A DNA stretch of 63,986 bases, the filler included, from Nemertoderma westbladi (Eukaryota; Animalia; Xenacoelomorpha): the NCBI GenBank assembly GCA_032718475.1. It is 3 parts of 3 records of this genome, joined end to end, with 100 filler letters (N's around TTAATTAATTAA, not from the genome) between each part and the next. Parts side by side here need not be neighbours in the genome. Positions count along the whole stretch, not along the records: positions 1 to 29,525 come from JAUCBJ010005621.1; 2 more parts are not named here. One strand, given 5' to 3'. This document shows, in pieces, positions 10,897 through 24,016 of the stretch. Under the pieces are notes generated by a model that was not told where the DNA came from, searched no databases, and worked only from the letters and a program-made list of their open reading frames with translations. Made by a program: the position numbers and the translations under genes. Within the stretch, counting starts at the first letter, position 1; each line of letters starts with the position of its first letter.

Positions 10897-11755
10897 CTAC
10901 TACACTACTACTATGATCGGCATGCTGCATTGCAGCTGCATTTTTAAGAATGCTGTGCAGACTTGTCAGCAAAATTGCGCCGCCACAACTCCCTATCACC
11001 CATGACATTTCCTAGATCATCGACATCTTCTAGGCCAGTGCCCTTTAAGAGGCGTACAAAGAAAGTCATGGGCTTTCAACGATGTATTCGCTCCATGAGG
11101 CCGCCAAAGCACTAGATTATGCACTGGCTGGTCCTCACGGCGTAAGCAATGTCCTGCAAAGCGGAGGCGGCTTTGTTCTAGTGTTAAGCTTGGGGGAACC
11201 AATGAGACACCTCCAATGTTATATAGTGTCTGGTTGGAGATGTGTGCATTGTACTTGACACAATGAACCCGGCGTAGCATTCTTGTGAATGTGCCATCCA
11301 GAGATTTGGTGTCCTCAGCAGTTAGAGCCAGCATGGACTCCCATAGAGGAGTACGGGAACTACTGCTGCTCTAAATAATCGGACCTTAAGTTTCCGATTA
11401 ATTCTCGGAGACTTCCAAATCCTGGAAAGCCTATTCAAGGCTGCCCATGCCTTTCCCTTACGTATTCGAAGGTCCTCACCTGACTTCCGGATCCATGATC
11501 CCAGGTAACAGAAGTCATCCACATGCTCAAGCATACCATCCTTTGAGCTTATACTCATCCGGTCAGAAACTTGCTGAGGACTTTCAAAGTTAACTATCAA
11601 AATGTTGGTCTTTCTGTAGTTAATAAAAAGACCAACACTAGAAGCAGCATGTTCTAATGAGCTGAGGAGCCGTTGGGCTGTCTCTAGTGATTCGGGGAGT
11701 ACTTGTACTTCTAAGTCATCAGCACAGACGTTAATCTCGACTTTGCGGTGGTTGA
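10897..11755 (-). mobile_element. RTE-type LINE, 3' part (RT C-terminus, 3' UTR, (TAG)n tail), degenerate
   Basis: CADD, GLFINYRKT, VDDFCYLGSWI, KVRLFRAAVVPVLLYG, RLRFAGHCLR, MGDRELWR; (TAG)n tail at ~10894-10913. Confidence 0.9.
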
Positions 11756-12944
11756 GTAAAGTCCCCGAACTCGCTGTCAATAATGGGTTACGTAACGAAA
11801 GGGTTCGCACTTGCCTTAGGGCCGGCCGAAAATACGGGCCATTTTTTCTCAGCGAGACATACCTGTGAAAAAAATTAATGTCCACATTTTTTCTCACTAA
11901 AATCTGTAGAAAACAGAGCAAGAAAGTGCATCTTTCGACTACTTTCTATCCCTAAATTTGTGATAGAAAGTGCAAACTTATAGCTCAGTCGACCGTTGCT
12001 GTGTTATTTATTATAGTTCGAGACCTGATGGCAGGGAAATAATAAAACATGGACAGTAAAACTTTAAAATAATTATGAACAATGGAATTAATTTTATTTA
12101 TTTGTGGGGAATTATTTGTAGTTATGCCCTTAAACTTTCTAGAACAACCAAATAATGACGGGGTGATATACTGTAAATACTGTACATAACTATGGCGTGG
12201 AGATATGGTAGTGCGAAATTATTTTTTTTTACCGGAAACTGGATTTATAAATATAGGCCCGGCTTCTCAAAACTCAATTAACTTAAATTGGGCGCTTAAT
12301 CTAAGTGTTTTGTTTCTAAGTGCCCCCTTAAATTTAATTTCAGTTTCTCAAAACTTAAATGGCCATTTAAAGTTTCACATTTAAGGGAGAACTTATGTAA
12401 CCCTGGGACGTACCTTATCAGGCCACTTAAGTCTTAAGTAAATAAAAATATGCAGTTTGCTTTGTGCCGGTAATGTTATGGTTTTTGGCTTTTGTTCCAG
12501 TAGTTATAAATAGGCATTGACGAAAATCGAGAGTAAACAACATCAAACTCAATCCACTACAAATCAGATAGTGGCCACATTGGCCGTAAGTGAAATAATG
12601 TACAGTTTATTGTGTTGTTTAGAGAACACCGTCACTGTAACCTGCTCCTTAATGGTCCTTAATAATTTTTTACTCAATTGCCATCAAACATATACCAAAA
12701 TGTTCAGCAGCTTTAGGACTACTATCGTTGGTTTTGTAAAACATGTAGATTAGGATCATCATTTGGATTTTCTAGAACCGATTTTGTAACAGCTACCCTT
12801 TGTCTTGTCTATCACAAAATATTTGATTTCCAAAATATAGCCCGGATATAAAAAAAACTCCCATAAATTTTTCAAAAACAATAATTTTGTGCTAAAATTT
12901 TCATAGAAGATAGCCTACATATCTAGGTCCATTTTCCCAAAGTC

Positions 12945-13430
12945 TTGGACCAAGAACTTCAAGTCTTAAAAACTAAAACTGTTCTCGCCGAAGTTACCTC
13001 TCTCCTTAATGGGCGTCCCCTCAGGCCTCACCCATGTCAGTGTATAGACTCAACTGACCCTGAGGCGTTGACCCATAACCACCTGCTGTTCGGAAGCGGT
13101 AACCCTAACTTACCCCAGGGTTATTCCTGGACAAAGAAGGTTGCTCTAGACGCCGTTAGAGGGCGTCGCAAACCCTAGTCAACCACTTCTGGCGTCACTG
13201 GCTCAGAGAATATGTTCCCAATCTCATCGAGCAACGTAACCTTCAGGTCGGGGACGTTGTTATCCTTGTTGACCTCTCCTCACCCCGAGGTCATTGGCCT
13301 CTTGGGCATGTCATCAAAACCCATCTAGGGCCCGATCGAGATGTGTGCGCAGCATGCGAGCCCGAATCCGCGGCAAAGATTATGTTCGTCCTGTCGCGAA
13401 ACTTTGGCTCTTTGTAGAAGCTCAAGAGCG
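12945..13430 (+). mobile_element. BEL/Pao LTR-retrotransposon integrase C-terminal fragment
   Basis: TVLAEVTSLLNGRPL...DPEALTHNHLLFG, then after a frameshift HFWRHWLREYVPNL...LQVGDVVILVD...PRGHWPLGHV. Confidence 0.85.
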
Positions 13431-13561
13431 CAGTCGCAGTGGAAAGCCATGAACAGTGTACTCTTGAGCCGGTTATAACGCGCCCTTGAGCCATGTTATA
13501 GCGGACATTCATACCCAGTAACTCAATATCACCCCGTAAACTCAATGTCACTCTGTATATA

Positions 13562-14923
13562 CAGTGGCGGTTCTAGGGGGGGGGGGGGCAAGGGGGCATC
13601 TGCCCCTCCCCAGGTATCTTGGGGGGGGGGGGGGGGGGGGGCTTGCCCCATCCCCCAAAGGTAATTGAATGTTGATTAATGTGAATGTGAATTGATTAAT
13701 AATGAAAGGTAATGTGGCAAATCCGTACCAGTGGGTACCGACATTTGCTCGAAAACAGACCTCTCTGGGAAAAGACTTATATTTTTTTCAAAATTTAGTT
13801 ACTACCCGGCGGTCTCCATTATAAAACACTCAGATATTTTTGTAAAATTCTGGAACTTTGGGGATTCGGGAAAAAAATTTTTTCAAAGTATAATAATTTT
13901 TTTTAATGTTTCTTTTTGTTTATTTTTTTTTCATTGGGGGTTGCGACGAACTGTAGCTTGTTTCCGAAACGTGCAGTGGCGTGCAGAAGGGGGGGGGGGG
14001 GGAGACGGCCCCGGGCGCCACCTCCCAAGGTGCGCCAAAATTTCAGCAGTAGTGGCATCATAGCCAGCTGATAGTATAATGGTGGTTCCAAGTTTAGCTT
14101 ATTTTAGTCAATCCAACATACAAACATACATACAGTTTGGTTCTGTATTGGTTGCATAGCCTTTCAGCACTGCCCACATTGCACATGTGAAGGTGTAACA
14201 GGTGAGAAGGTAGATGTCTCCTGCGATTGGTCCATGGTATGGTCACTGGAAATATCTCCATTGGTAAGTTCAGTGGCTTGGTGGTTTAAGGCATGTGCAA
14301 GTAAATTTAAGCAGTAAATTTCTTAATATAATATAATTTTGCAATTAAAATAGTCTGAATTAATAATTTTCAACAGGGTTAAAAATACAAATAATGGCCC
14401 ATTACATTTAAGTCAAATTAAACTCAGTCTTTCATTTAATTACTTCAATATTTTCCACTACCACAAATGTTATGAAAGTTTGTGCGGCTAAAAATACTAA
14501 AGTATATTTATTGCCTCTTAAATAATTAAATATAAGATAATTATTTTATTGCGCAGAACACCATCCCCATACCGAAACCTAACTAACCAAAACAATAAAC
14601 GATATCATTACAAATTAATGGAAAGGAGTGCCACACACGTCGCGTCTCTCCTCCACATCTTTGGAACGATACGGGTTACCACCAGCTGACGGCTGCGACC
14701 CTTCCATTAACAAAATAATTAGATAATTAGAGTAGACGGGTTTAGACAAAGTTGTTGTTAGGAATGTTTTTTTTTGAACGATTTAAAGCTGGCGTTTATA
14801 AACGTGTCCAGATTGGACTCCACTGCTTGCGTGGGCCATTTACAAGTCCGAAAAATTGACCTCAGCAAATTAAATACTGTATTTCCCCCCCTCCCCCCAA
14901 GCAAAATCCTAGAACCGCCCCTG
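13562..14923. mobile_element. Non-autonomous hAT-type DNA transposon
   Basis: TIRs CAGTGGCGGTTCTAGG / CCTAGAACCGCCCCTG; 8-bp TSD TGTATATA (13554-13561 and 14924-14931). Confidence 0.85.
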
Positions 14924-15001
14924 TGTATATATATATATGTATATATGTATGTATATATGTATATATGTATGTATATATGTATATATATATGTATATATGT
15001 A
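14924..15001. repeat. (TA)n/(TATG)n microsatellite
   Basis: Seen directly; starts at the right TSD of the hAT element. Confidence 0.95.
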
Positions 15002-15036
15002 GACATTGCATTCCCTTACATTCCCTCCCTGTCGTT

Positions 15037-17712
15037 ATATTATTGGCACACTTTGTATGTTTCCAACCACATTCCGTACACATACACAGTCTACATTATT
15101 GGTCCACTTTGTATTTTTCCAACCACATTCCGTACACATACACAGTCTACATTATTGGTCCACTTTGTATTTTTCCAACCACATTCCGTACACATACACA
15201 GTCTACATTATTGGTCCACTTTGTATTTTTCCAACCACATTCCGTACACATACACAGTCTACATTATTGGCCCCCCTTTGTATTTTTCCAACCACATTCC
15301 GTACACATACACAGTCTACATTATTGGTCCCCCTTTGTATTTTTCCAACCACATTCCGTACACATACACAGTCTACATTATTGGCACACTTTGTATTTTT
15401 CCAACCACATTCCGTACACATACACAGTCTACATTATTGGCCCCCCTTTGTATTTTTCCAACCACATTCCGTACACATACACAGTCTACATTATTGGCAC
15501 ACTTTGTATGTTTCCAACCACATTCCGTACACATACACAGTCTACATTATTGGCACACTTTGTATTTTTCCAACCACATTCCGTACACATACACAGTCTA
15601 CATTATTGGTCCCCCTTTGTATTTTTCCAACCACATTCCGTACACATACACAGTCTACATTATTGGCACACTTTGTATGTTTCCAACCACATTCCGTACA
15701 CATACACAGTCTACATTATTGGCACACTTTGTATGTTTCCAACCACATTCCGTACACATACACAGTCTACATTATTGGCACACTTTGTATTTTTCCAACC
15801 ACATTCCGTACACATACACAGTCTACATTATTGGCACACTTTGTATGTTTCCAACCACATTCCGTACACATACACAGTCTACATTATTGGCCCCCCTTTG
15901 TATTTTTCCAACCACATTCCGTACACATACACAGTCTACATTATTGGCCCCCCTTTGTATGTTTCCAACCACATTCCGTACACATACACAGTCTACATTA
16001 TTGGCACACTTTGTATGTTTCCAACCACATTCCGTACACATACACAGTCTACATTATTGGTCCCCCTTTGTATGTTTCCAACCACATTCCGTACACATAC
16101 ACAGTCTACATTATTGGCCCCCCTTTGTATTTTTCCAACCACATTCCGTACACATACACAGTCTACATTATTGGCCCCCCTTTGTATTTTTCCAACCACA
16201 TTCCGTACACATACACAGTCTACATTATTGGCCCCCCTTTGTATTTTTCCAACCACATTCCGTACACATACAGTCTACATTATTGGCCCCCCTTTGTATG
16301 TTTCCAACCACATTCCGTACACATACACAGTCTACATTATTGGCCCCCCTTTGTATTTTTCCAACCACATTCCGTACACATACACAGTCTATATTATTGG
16401 CCCCCTTTGTATTTTTCCAACCACATTCCGTACACATACACAGTCTATATTATTGGCCCCCTTTGTATTTTTCCAACCACATTCCGTACACATACACAGT
16501 CTACATTATTGGCCCCCCTTTGTATTTTTCCAACCACATTCCGTACACATACACAGTCTACATTATTGGCCCCCCTTTGTATTTTTCCAACCACATTCCG
16601 TACACATACACAGTCTACATTATTGGCACACTTTGTATTTTTCCAACCACATTCCGTACACCTACACAGTCTACATTATTGGCCCCCCTTTGTATTTTTC
16701 CAACCACATTCCGTACACATACACAGTCTACATTATTGGCACACTTTGTATTTTTCCAACCACATTCCGTACACATACACAGTCTACATTATTGGTCCCC
16801 CTTTGTATTTTTCCAACCACATTCCGTACACATACACAGTCTACATTATTGGCACACTTTGTATGTTTCCAACCACATTCCGTACACATACACAGTCTAC
16901 GTTATTGGCACACTTTGTATGTTTCCAACCACATTCCATACACATACACAGTCTACATTATTGGCACACTTTGTATTTTTCCAACCACATTCCGTACACA
17001 TACACAGTCTACATTATTGGCATACTTTGTATGTTTCCAACCACATTCCGTACACATACACAGTCTACATTATTGGCCCCCCTTTGTATTTTTCCAACCA
17101 CATTCCGTACACATACACAGTCTACATTATTGGCCCCCCTTTGTATGTTTCCAACCACATTCCGTACACATACACAGTCTACATTATTGGCACACTTTGT
17201 ATGTTTCCAACCACATTCCGTACACATACACAGTCTACATTATTGGTCCCCCTTTGTATGTTTCCAACCACATTCCGTACACATACACAGTCTACATTAT
17301 TGGCCCCCCTTTGTATTTTTCCAACCACATTCCGTACACATACACAGTCTACATTATTGGCCCCCCTTTGTATTTTTCCAACCACATTCCGTACACATAC
17401 ACAGTCTACATTATTGGCCCCCCTTTGTATTTTTCCAACCACATTCCGTACACATACACAGTCTACATTATTGGCCCCCCTTTGTATGTTTCCAACCACA
17501 TTCCGTACACATACACAGTCTACATTATTGGCCCCCCTTTGTATTTTTCCAACCACATTCCGTACACATACACAGTCTATATTATTGGCCCCCTTTGTAT
17601 TTTTCCAACCACATTCCGTACACATACACAGTCTATATTATTGGCCCCCTTTGTATTTTTCCAACCACATTCCGTACACATACACAGTCTACATTATTGG
17701 CCCCCCTTTGTA
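15037..17712. repeat. Minisatellite, 56-57-bp unit, ~47 copies
   Basis: TTATTGG[CACAC/CCCCCC/TCCCCC/TCCAC]TTTGTAT[G/T]TTTCCAACCACATTCCGTACACATACACAGTCTACA in tandem, no spacers. Confidence 0.98.
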
Positions 17713-18139
17713 TTATGTATTAGTTAGGTGTGCCATTCTGTTGCTGTTGTCCTCCACCATTGTACCGTATATTGCATTCTATTACATTCTATTGGCCTAC
17801 TTATTAATTAACAATTCAGCCTGTACTTTCCCTACGCATTCTATTGGCCTACTTATTAATTAACAATTCAGCCTGTACTTTCCCTACGCAATGGTTTGTG
17901 TATAAATACTGGTGCTCCCATTGCCTATTAACTTGCTTGCCCTGTTGTTTGTTCGCAGTGGTCGCTGTACTTGTCCTTGTTTTTAGTTACCGTGTTAATA
18001 TTCAGATTTCCTGCCGCCTTTTATTTATTTTTTTAACCATTCGAAACGAAATAAACATTTTATTTATACTCAAAATGGCATCGTTTCCTGATCAACCCGA
18101 AACCACTGAACCCAATCGACTCTCTATATTTACCCACAT

Positions 18140-19230
18140 CCCCAGATGTGCACAAAATGGCAACGGATGATGCGGTTAGAGATTTGGTCTATTTTGTCCA
18201 ATGCTGCATGTGCAGTTGGATTCATCAATAGACCAATTCCACCATTGCCACAATAATCTGCTGATGCGAGGGCGAGTCGCAAACCGGCCCCCATGTCCTT
18301 AATCAGAACCTCATCAGTATGTCCAGTCTGCATTCGGTGCTCTTGAACACCCACTGCGCCAAGAGAAAGCTTATCTGCCAAGGCAGTCAGCTCACCTTGT
18401 CGCATTGAGGACCCGAGTGTTAGGGTGTTTACTGAGGCTAGTCTAGTGACTTGCCTCAGATTCACCAATGGCTTTGTTGGCCGGGGGGGAACATGAGAGT
18501 AGCCTCCAACTCCAGAATCCCTCCCCCCCTCACAATCTGGCCTCCCTGGTGACCCAGGGTTTTGGCCAGAAGGTCATCAGGAAAGCGACTCGCAGAATTA
18601 TTGTTGGCCGCTCTCTCTCCGGTAGGGTGTGAGACAGGCAGCCGGTCAGGAGATAACTGACGCCTGTGAGGCCGATTGTGTCCGGTAATTCCACTGGCCT
18701 CTAGTGGCCGGACCTCCGCATTATTAATGTAATCCATTGGGGGTTGGGGTGTGCTTTATTGCCGAGTCAGCTCTCGGGGCAAATACCACACCCTGGTTTG
18801 CCATTCCACAGGGTGGGTGTCGCAGTGGAATCAGATATGAGGCCCATCACCCATATCTACTCTCGCGCACATGACCCACCATTGGCAGTGCAGCTCATCT
18901 GCTGGGTCATGCCCTGTATCCCTGCTGCCAGCCAGGTGCAGGTTGCTGTGAAGTGCACTCAGAGTGGACATGAGAAGACTCTACTCCTGACCAGCCATTG
19001 GTAGATCACCATCTGCCTGGCCAGGCCATACACCCCTGCAGCCAAGTATATTGGTCCGTAATCCACGATCAATGGGGTCCCTATCCCAGAACGAAGGGGG
19101 TTCTAGTTACAGGACCAGATTTGCCCTAGTAAGAGGGTCTATGCAGCCACATGTGGCACCTCAATAATCCTGCATGGAGGTGGCAAGTTTTCTTGATCAA
19201 TGACCTAGAATACCTGACATGACTGAATTA
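18140..19230 (-). mobile_element. RTE-type LINE, 5' part (5' UTR and N-terminus of the APE endonuclease)
   Basis: RLASVNTLTL...ELTALA...VGVQEHR...GNGGIGLL...ISNRII matches APE endonuclease motifs; same strand as the 3' part at 10897-11755. Confidence 0.85.
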
Positions 19231-19275
19231 ATTACAACCATCAACTCTCTGATACCCAAACCAGGCGATACTAAC

Positions 19276-19502
19276 TTATGTGGAAGCTTTCTAACTCGTT
19301 TAATCATTGTTGGATTACAACCACCAACTCTCTGATGCCCAAACCAGGAATCTTTATCCCAATGTCTCATCGATCTAGGGTACCGGAACCCCAATTGAAA
19401 GAATTTATGCCAGTCTGTAAGATGGCGAATCTTCCCAATATTCATCAACCATATTATCTTAGCCTTCACAAACGAACTGTCTCGTTTATTAATGATGTTG
19501 GC
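19276..19502 (-). CDS. Lipoxygenase exon
   Basis: taacag|...|gttagt, phase 0->2. ...HWDKDSWFGHQRVGGCNPTMIKRVRKLPH carries the LOX W..D..FG.Q...G.NP..I motif. Confidence 0.93.
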
Positions 19503-19849
19503 CTGTTAATTATAAGAAATAGGCATAATATACATTACACAATAATAATATGAGAAAAATAATAATTCGTCAACATTCTTGGAAGTAACTTGAAGTCACA
19601 TGCAATTCACTTCATATTCTAAAGCATTTGTTTGAGGAAAAAGTTAACGTCATGTTAACTTGTAAAGCTGTCTGAGAAAAAAGAAAGTATTTTTTTGTAA
19701 AGTAAATATTCTAGAATATTAATATTCATTTTACTCCAAACATGTAACATTTCTATGCTCTGTCCAGATTATGCTATCAAGTCAATATAAAAAATCAAAT
19801 GAATCCAAATTTGACACAAACTAACTGCTTTACCACAAGAGGTACCTAC

Positions 19850-19987
19850 TCTATAACCCTTGTCGAACATTTGGTCTTCCGGCAATATTGCGATTTGCTT
19901 AGGAAGTCCCGCCATTTTTCTTTCATACTGAAACCGCTCTCGTTTCCATTTGAGTTCCTCTTGCCTCTGGCCGATATTCATCTCGTC
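19850..19987 (-). CDS. Lipoxygenase exon (PLAT-to-catalytic linker)
   Basis: tttttag|...|gtaggt, phase 0->0. DEMNIGQRQEELKWKRERFQYERKMAGLPKQIAILPEDQMFDKGYR fits the QR..EL...R..Y...GLP...LP.D..F pattern. Confidence 0.92.
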
Positions 19988-20014
19988 CTAAAAAGACAAA
20001 AAAACAAGGGAAAT

Positions 20015-23000
20015 ACAGACGGGTCTGTCACAAAAGGGTCGTTTACAGAACGGTCTGTTATAGAAGGGTCTGTTACAGACGGGTCTGTCACAAAAGGGTC
20101 GTTTACAGAACGGTCTGTTATAGAAGGGTCTGTTACAGACGGGTCTGTCACAAAAGGGTCGTTTACAGAACGGTCTGTTAAGAAGGGTCTGTTACAGACG
20201 GGTCTGTCACAAAAGGGTCGTTTACAGAACGGTCTGTTATAGAAGGGTCTGTTACAGACGGATCTGTCACAAAAGGGTCGTTTACAGAAGGGTCTGTTAC
20301 GAAGGATATGTTACAGAAGGGTCTGTTACAGACGGGTCTGTCACAAAAGGGTCGTTTACAGAATGGTCTGTTACGAAGGGTATGTTACAGAAGGGTCTGT
20401 TACAGACGGATCTGTCACAAAAGGGTCGTTTACAGAACGGTCTGTTATAGAAGGGTCTGTTACAGACGGGTCTGTCACAAAAGGGTCGTTTACAGAAGGG
20501 TCTGTTACGAAGGGTATGTTACAGAAGGGTCTGTTACAGACGGGTCTGTCACAAAAGGGTCGTTTACAGAACGGTCTGTTATAGAAGGGTCTGTTACAGA
20601 CGGGTCTGTCACAAAAGGGTCGTTTACAGAAGGGTCTGTTACGAAGGATATATTACAGAAGGGTCTGTTACAGACGGGTCTGTCACAAAAGGGTCGTTTA
20701 CAGAATGGTCTGTTACGAAGGGTATGTTACAGAAGGGTCTGTTACAGACGGGTCTGTCACAAAAGGGTCGTTTACAGAACGGTCTGTTATAGAAGGGTCT
20801 GTTACAGACGGGTCTGTCACAAAAGGGTCGTTTACAGAACGGTCTGTTAAGAAGGGTCTGTTACAGACGGGTCTGTCACAAAAGGGTCGTTTACAGAACG
20901 GTCTGTTATAGAAGGGTCTGTTACAGACGGATCTGTCACAAAAGGGTCGTTTACAGAAGGGTCTGTTACGAAGGATATGTTACAGAAGGGTCTGTTACAG
21001 ACGGGTCTGTCACAAAAGGGTCGTTTACAGAATGGTCTGTTACGAAGGGTATGTTACAGAAGGGTCTGTTACAGACGGGTCTGTCACAAAAGGGTCGTTT
21101 ACAGAACGGTCTGTTAAGAAGGGTCTGTTACAGACGGGTCTGTCACAAAAGGGTCGTTTACAGAACGGTCTGTTATAGAAGGGTCTGTTACAGACGGATC
21201 TGTCACAAAAGGGTCGTTTACAGAAGGGTCTGTTACGAAGGATATGTTACAGAAGGGTCTGTTACAGACGGGTCTGTCACAAAAGGGTCGTTTACAGAAT
21301 GGTCTGTTACGAAGGGTATGTTACAGAAGGGTCTGTTACAGACGGATCTGTCACAAAAGGGTCGTTTACAGAACGGTCTGTTATAGAAGGGTCTGTTACA
21401 GACGGGTCTGTCACAAAAGGGTCGTTTACAGAAGGGTCTGTTACGAAGGGTATGTTACAGAAGGGTCTGTTACAGACGGGTCTGTCACAAAAGGGTCGTT
21501 TACAGAACGGTCTGTTATAGAAGGGTCTGTTACAGACGGGTCTGTCACAAAAGGGTCGTTTACAGAAGGGTCTGTTACGAAGGATATATTACAGAAGGGT
21601 CTGTTACAGACGGGTCTGTCACAAAAGGGTCGTTTACAGAATGGTCTGTTACGAAGGGTATGTTACAGAAGGGTCTGTTACAGACGGGTCTGTCACAAAA
21701 GGGTCGTTTGCAGAACGGTCTGTTATAGAAGGGTCTGTTACAGACGGGTCTGTCACAAAAGGGTCGTTTACAGAAGGGTCTGATACGAAGGGTATGTTAC
21801 AGAAGGGTCTGTTACAGACGGGTCTGTCACAAAAGGGTCGTTTACAGAATGGTCTGTTACGAAGGGTATGTTACAGACGGGTCTGTCACAAAAGGGTCGT
21901 TTACAGAATGGTCTGTTACGAAGGGTATGTTACAGAAGGGTTTGTTACAGACGGGTCTGTCACAAAAGGGTCGTTTACAGAATGGTCTGTTACGAAGGGT
22001 ATGTTGCAGAAGGGTCTGTTTCAGAAAGGTCTGTCACAAAAGGGTCGTTTACAGAATGGTCTGTTACGAAGGGTATGTTACAGAAGGGTCTGTTACAGAC
22101 GGGTCTGTCACAAAAGGGTCGTTTACAGAATGGTCTGTTACGAAGGATATGTTACAGAAGGGCCTGTTACAAAAAGGTCTGTTACAGACGGGTCTGTCAC
22201 AAAAGGGTCATTTACAGAATGGTCTGTTACGAAGGGTATGTTACAGAAGGGTCTGTTACAGACGGATCTGTCACAAAAGGGTCGTTTACAGAATGGTCTG
22301 TTACGAAGGGTATGTTACAGAAGGGTCTGTTACAGATAGGTCTGTTACAGACGGGTGTGTCACAAAAGGGTCGTTTACAGAAGGGTCTGTTACGAAGGGT
22401 ATGTTACAGAAGGGTCTGTTACAGACGGGTCTGTCACAAAAGGGTCGTTTACTGAATGGTCTGTTACGAAGTGTATATTGCAGAAGGGTCTGTTTCAGAA
22501 AGGTCTGTTACAGACGGGTCTGTCACAAAAGGGTCATTTACAGAATGGTCTGTTACGAAGGGTATGTTACATAAGGGTCTGTTACAGACGGGTCTGTCAC
22601 AAAAGGGTCGTTTACAGAATGGTCTGTTACGAAGGGTATGTTACAGAAGGGTCTGTTACAGAAAGGTCTGTTACAGACGGGTGTGTCATAAAGGGGTCGT
22701 TTACAGAAGGGTCTGTTACGAAGGGTATGTTACAGAAGGGTCTGTTACAGACGGATCTGTCACAAAAGGGTCTTTTACAGAATGGTCTGTTACGAAGGGT
22801 ATGTTACAGAAGGGTCTGTTACAGAAAGGTCTGTTACAGACGGGTCTGTCCCAAAAGGGTCGTTTACAGAAGGGTCTGTTACGAAGGGTATGTTACAGAA
22901 GGGTCTGTTACAGAAAGGTCTGTTACAGACGGGTGTGTCACAAAAGGGTCGTTTACAGAAGGGTATGTTACGAAGGGTATGTTACAGAAAGGTCTGTTAC

Positions 23001-23045
23001 AGACGGGTCTGTCACAGAAGGGTCTATCGCAAAAGGGTTTGTAAC
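20015..23045. repeat. Satellite built on a 15-bp monomer with 60-75-bp higher-order units
   Basis: Variants of ACAGAAGGGTCTGTT / ACAGACGGGTCTGTC / ACAAAAGGGTCGTTT / ACGAAGGGTATGTT in tandem. Confidence 0.97.
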
Positions 23046-23055
23046 TACTGTACTA

Positions 23056-24016
23056 CACCATCACCCGTAATATAGTGTCATTTTCTGATGACACGGACCC
23101 CCCCCCCCCCAAAAAAAATTTTTCTACAAATCTTTATAATATTGCTTGAAATTTGAAACACAACTAGTTCAGCTCACCGTGGTTGTTACCATGAAGCCAG
23201 AATTTTCTATTTTGCCTTTAAATTTTTTTTATAAGCGTTTTAAAAAAATGTGTCTTTTGCGAAATCGCACCATCCGTATCATTGCCATTCTTCACATTAG
23301 TCGTAATTTTTTCATATCAATAGAAAGCTTGCGTTACAAGGATTCCAAACATGTAACAATATCTGAATTTCGTTGAGAAACAGCTGAGATATAGGCGTTC
23401 AAATATTGCAAGAATTATCGTTCGCTGCAGGCCATTTATTCTATTTAATAAATACACAAAATTCTAGAACGTGTTATTTATTTTATGAGTTGGTTGGCAA
23501 CAGTGGTATGCCTATACGATATCTATATTGCGTAGCTAATCATACTTTGAGTGACAAATTAGTCACAAATTACAAATTAGTATTAATTATTATTAGCTAA
23601 TCATACATAAACAAATTGTTCCAGAATATTGTGTATTTATTAAATAGAATAAATGGCCTGCAGCGAACAATAATTCTTGCAATCTTTGAACGCCTATATC
23701 TCAGCTGTTTCTCAACGAAATTCAAACATTGTTACATATTTGGAATCCTTGCAACGCAAGCTTTCTATTGATATGAAAAAATTACGACTAAGAATGGCAA
23801 TGATACGGATGGTGCGATTTCGCAAAAGACGCTTATTTAAAAACGCTTATAAAAAAAATGTAAAGGCGAAATAGAAAATTCCGGCTTCATGGTAACAACC
23901 ACGGTGAGTTTTACTAGTTGTGTTTCAAATTTCAAACAATATGATAAAGATTTGTAGAAAAATTTGGGGGGGTGTCCGTGTCATCAGAAAATGACACTAT
24001 ATTACGGGTCATGGTG
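23056..24016. mobile_element. Foldback MITE with ~415-bp TIRs and TA TSD (Tc1/mariner-like)
   Basis: TA|CACCATCACCCGTAATATAGTG ... CACTATATTACGGGTCATGGTG|TA; arms ~23056-23470 and ~23617-24016 are inverted copies. Confidence 0.9.

Noticed and set aside
15037-17712. CRISPR-like regular repeats
   Set aside because: No unique spacers, no cas genes, eukaryotic context. The same applies to the 39-bp and 62-bp arrays.
14774-17863. ORFs of 905-1029 aa in all three forward frames
   Set aside because: They come from a stop-free 56-57-bp minisatellite; the same peptides rotate between frames.
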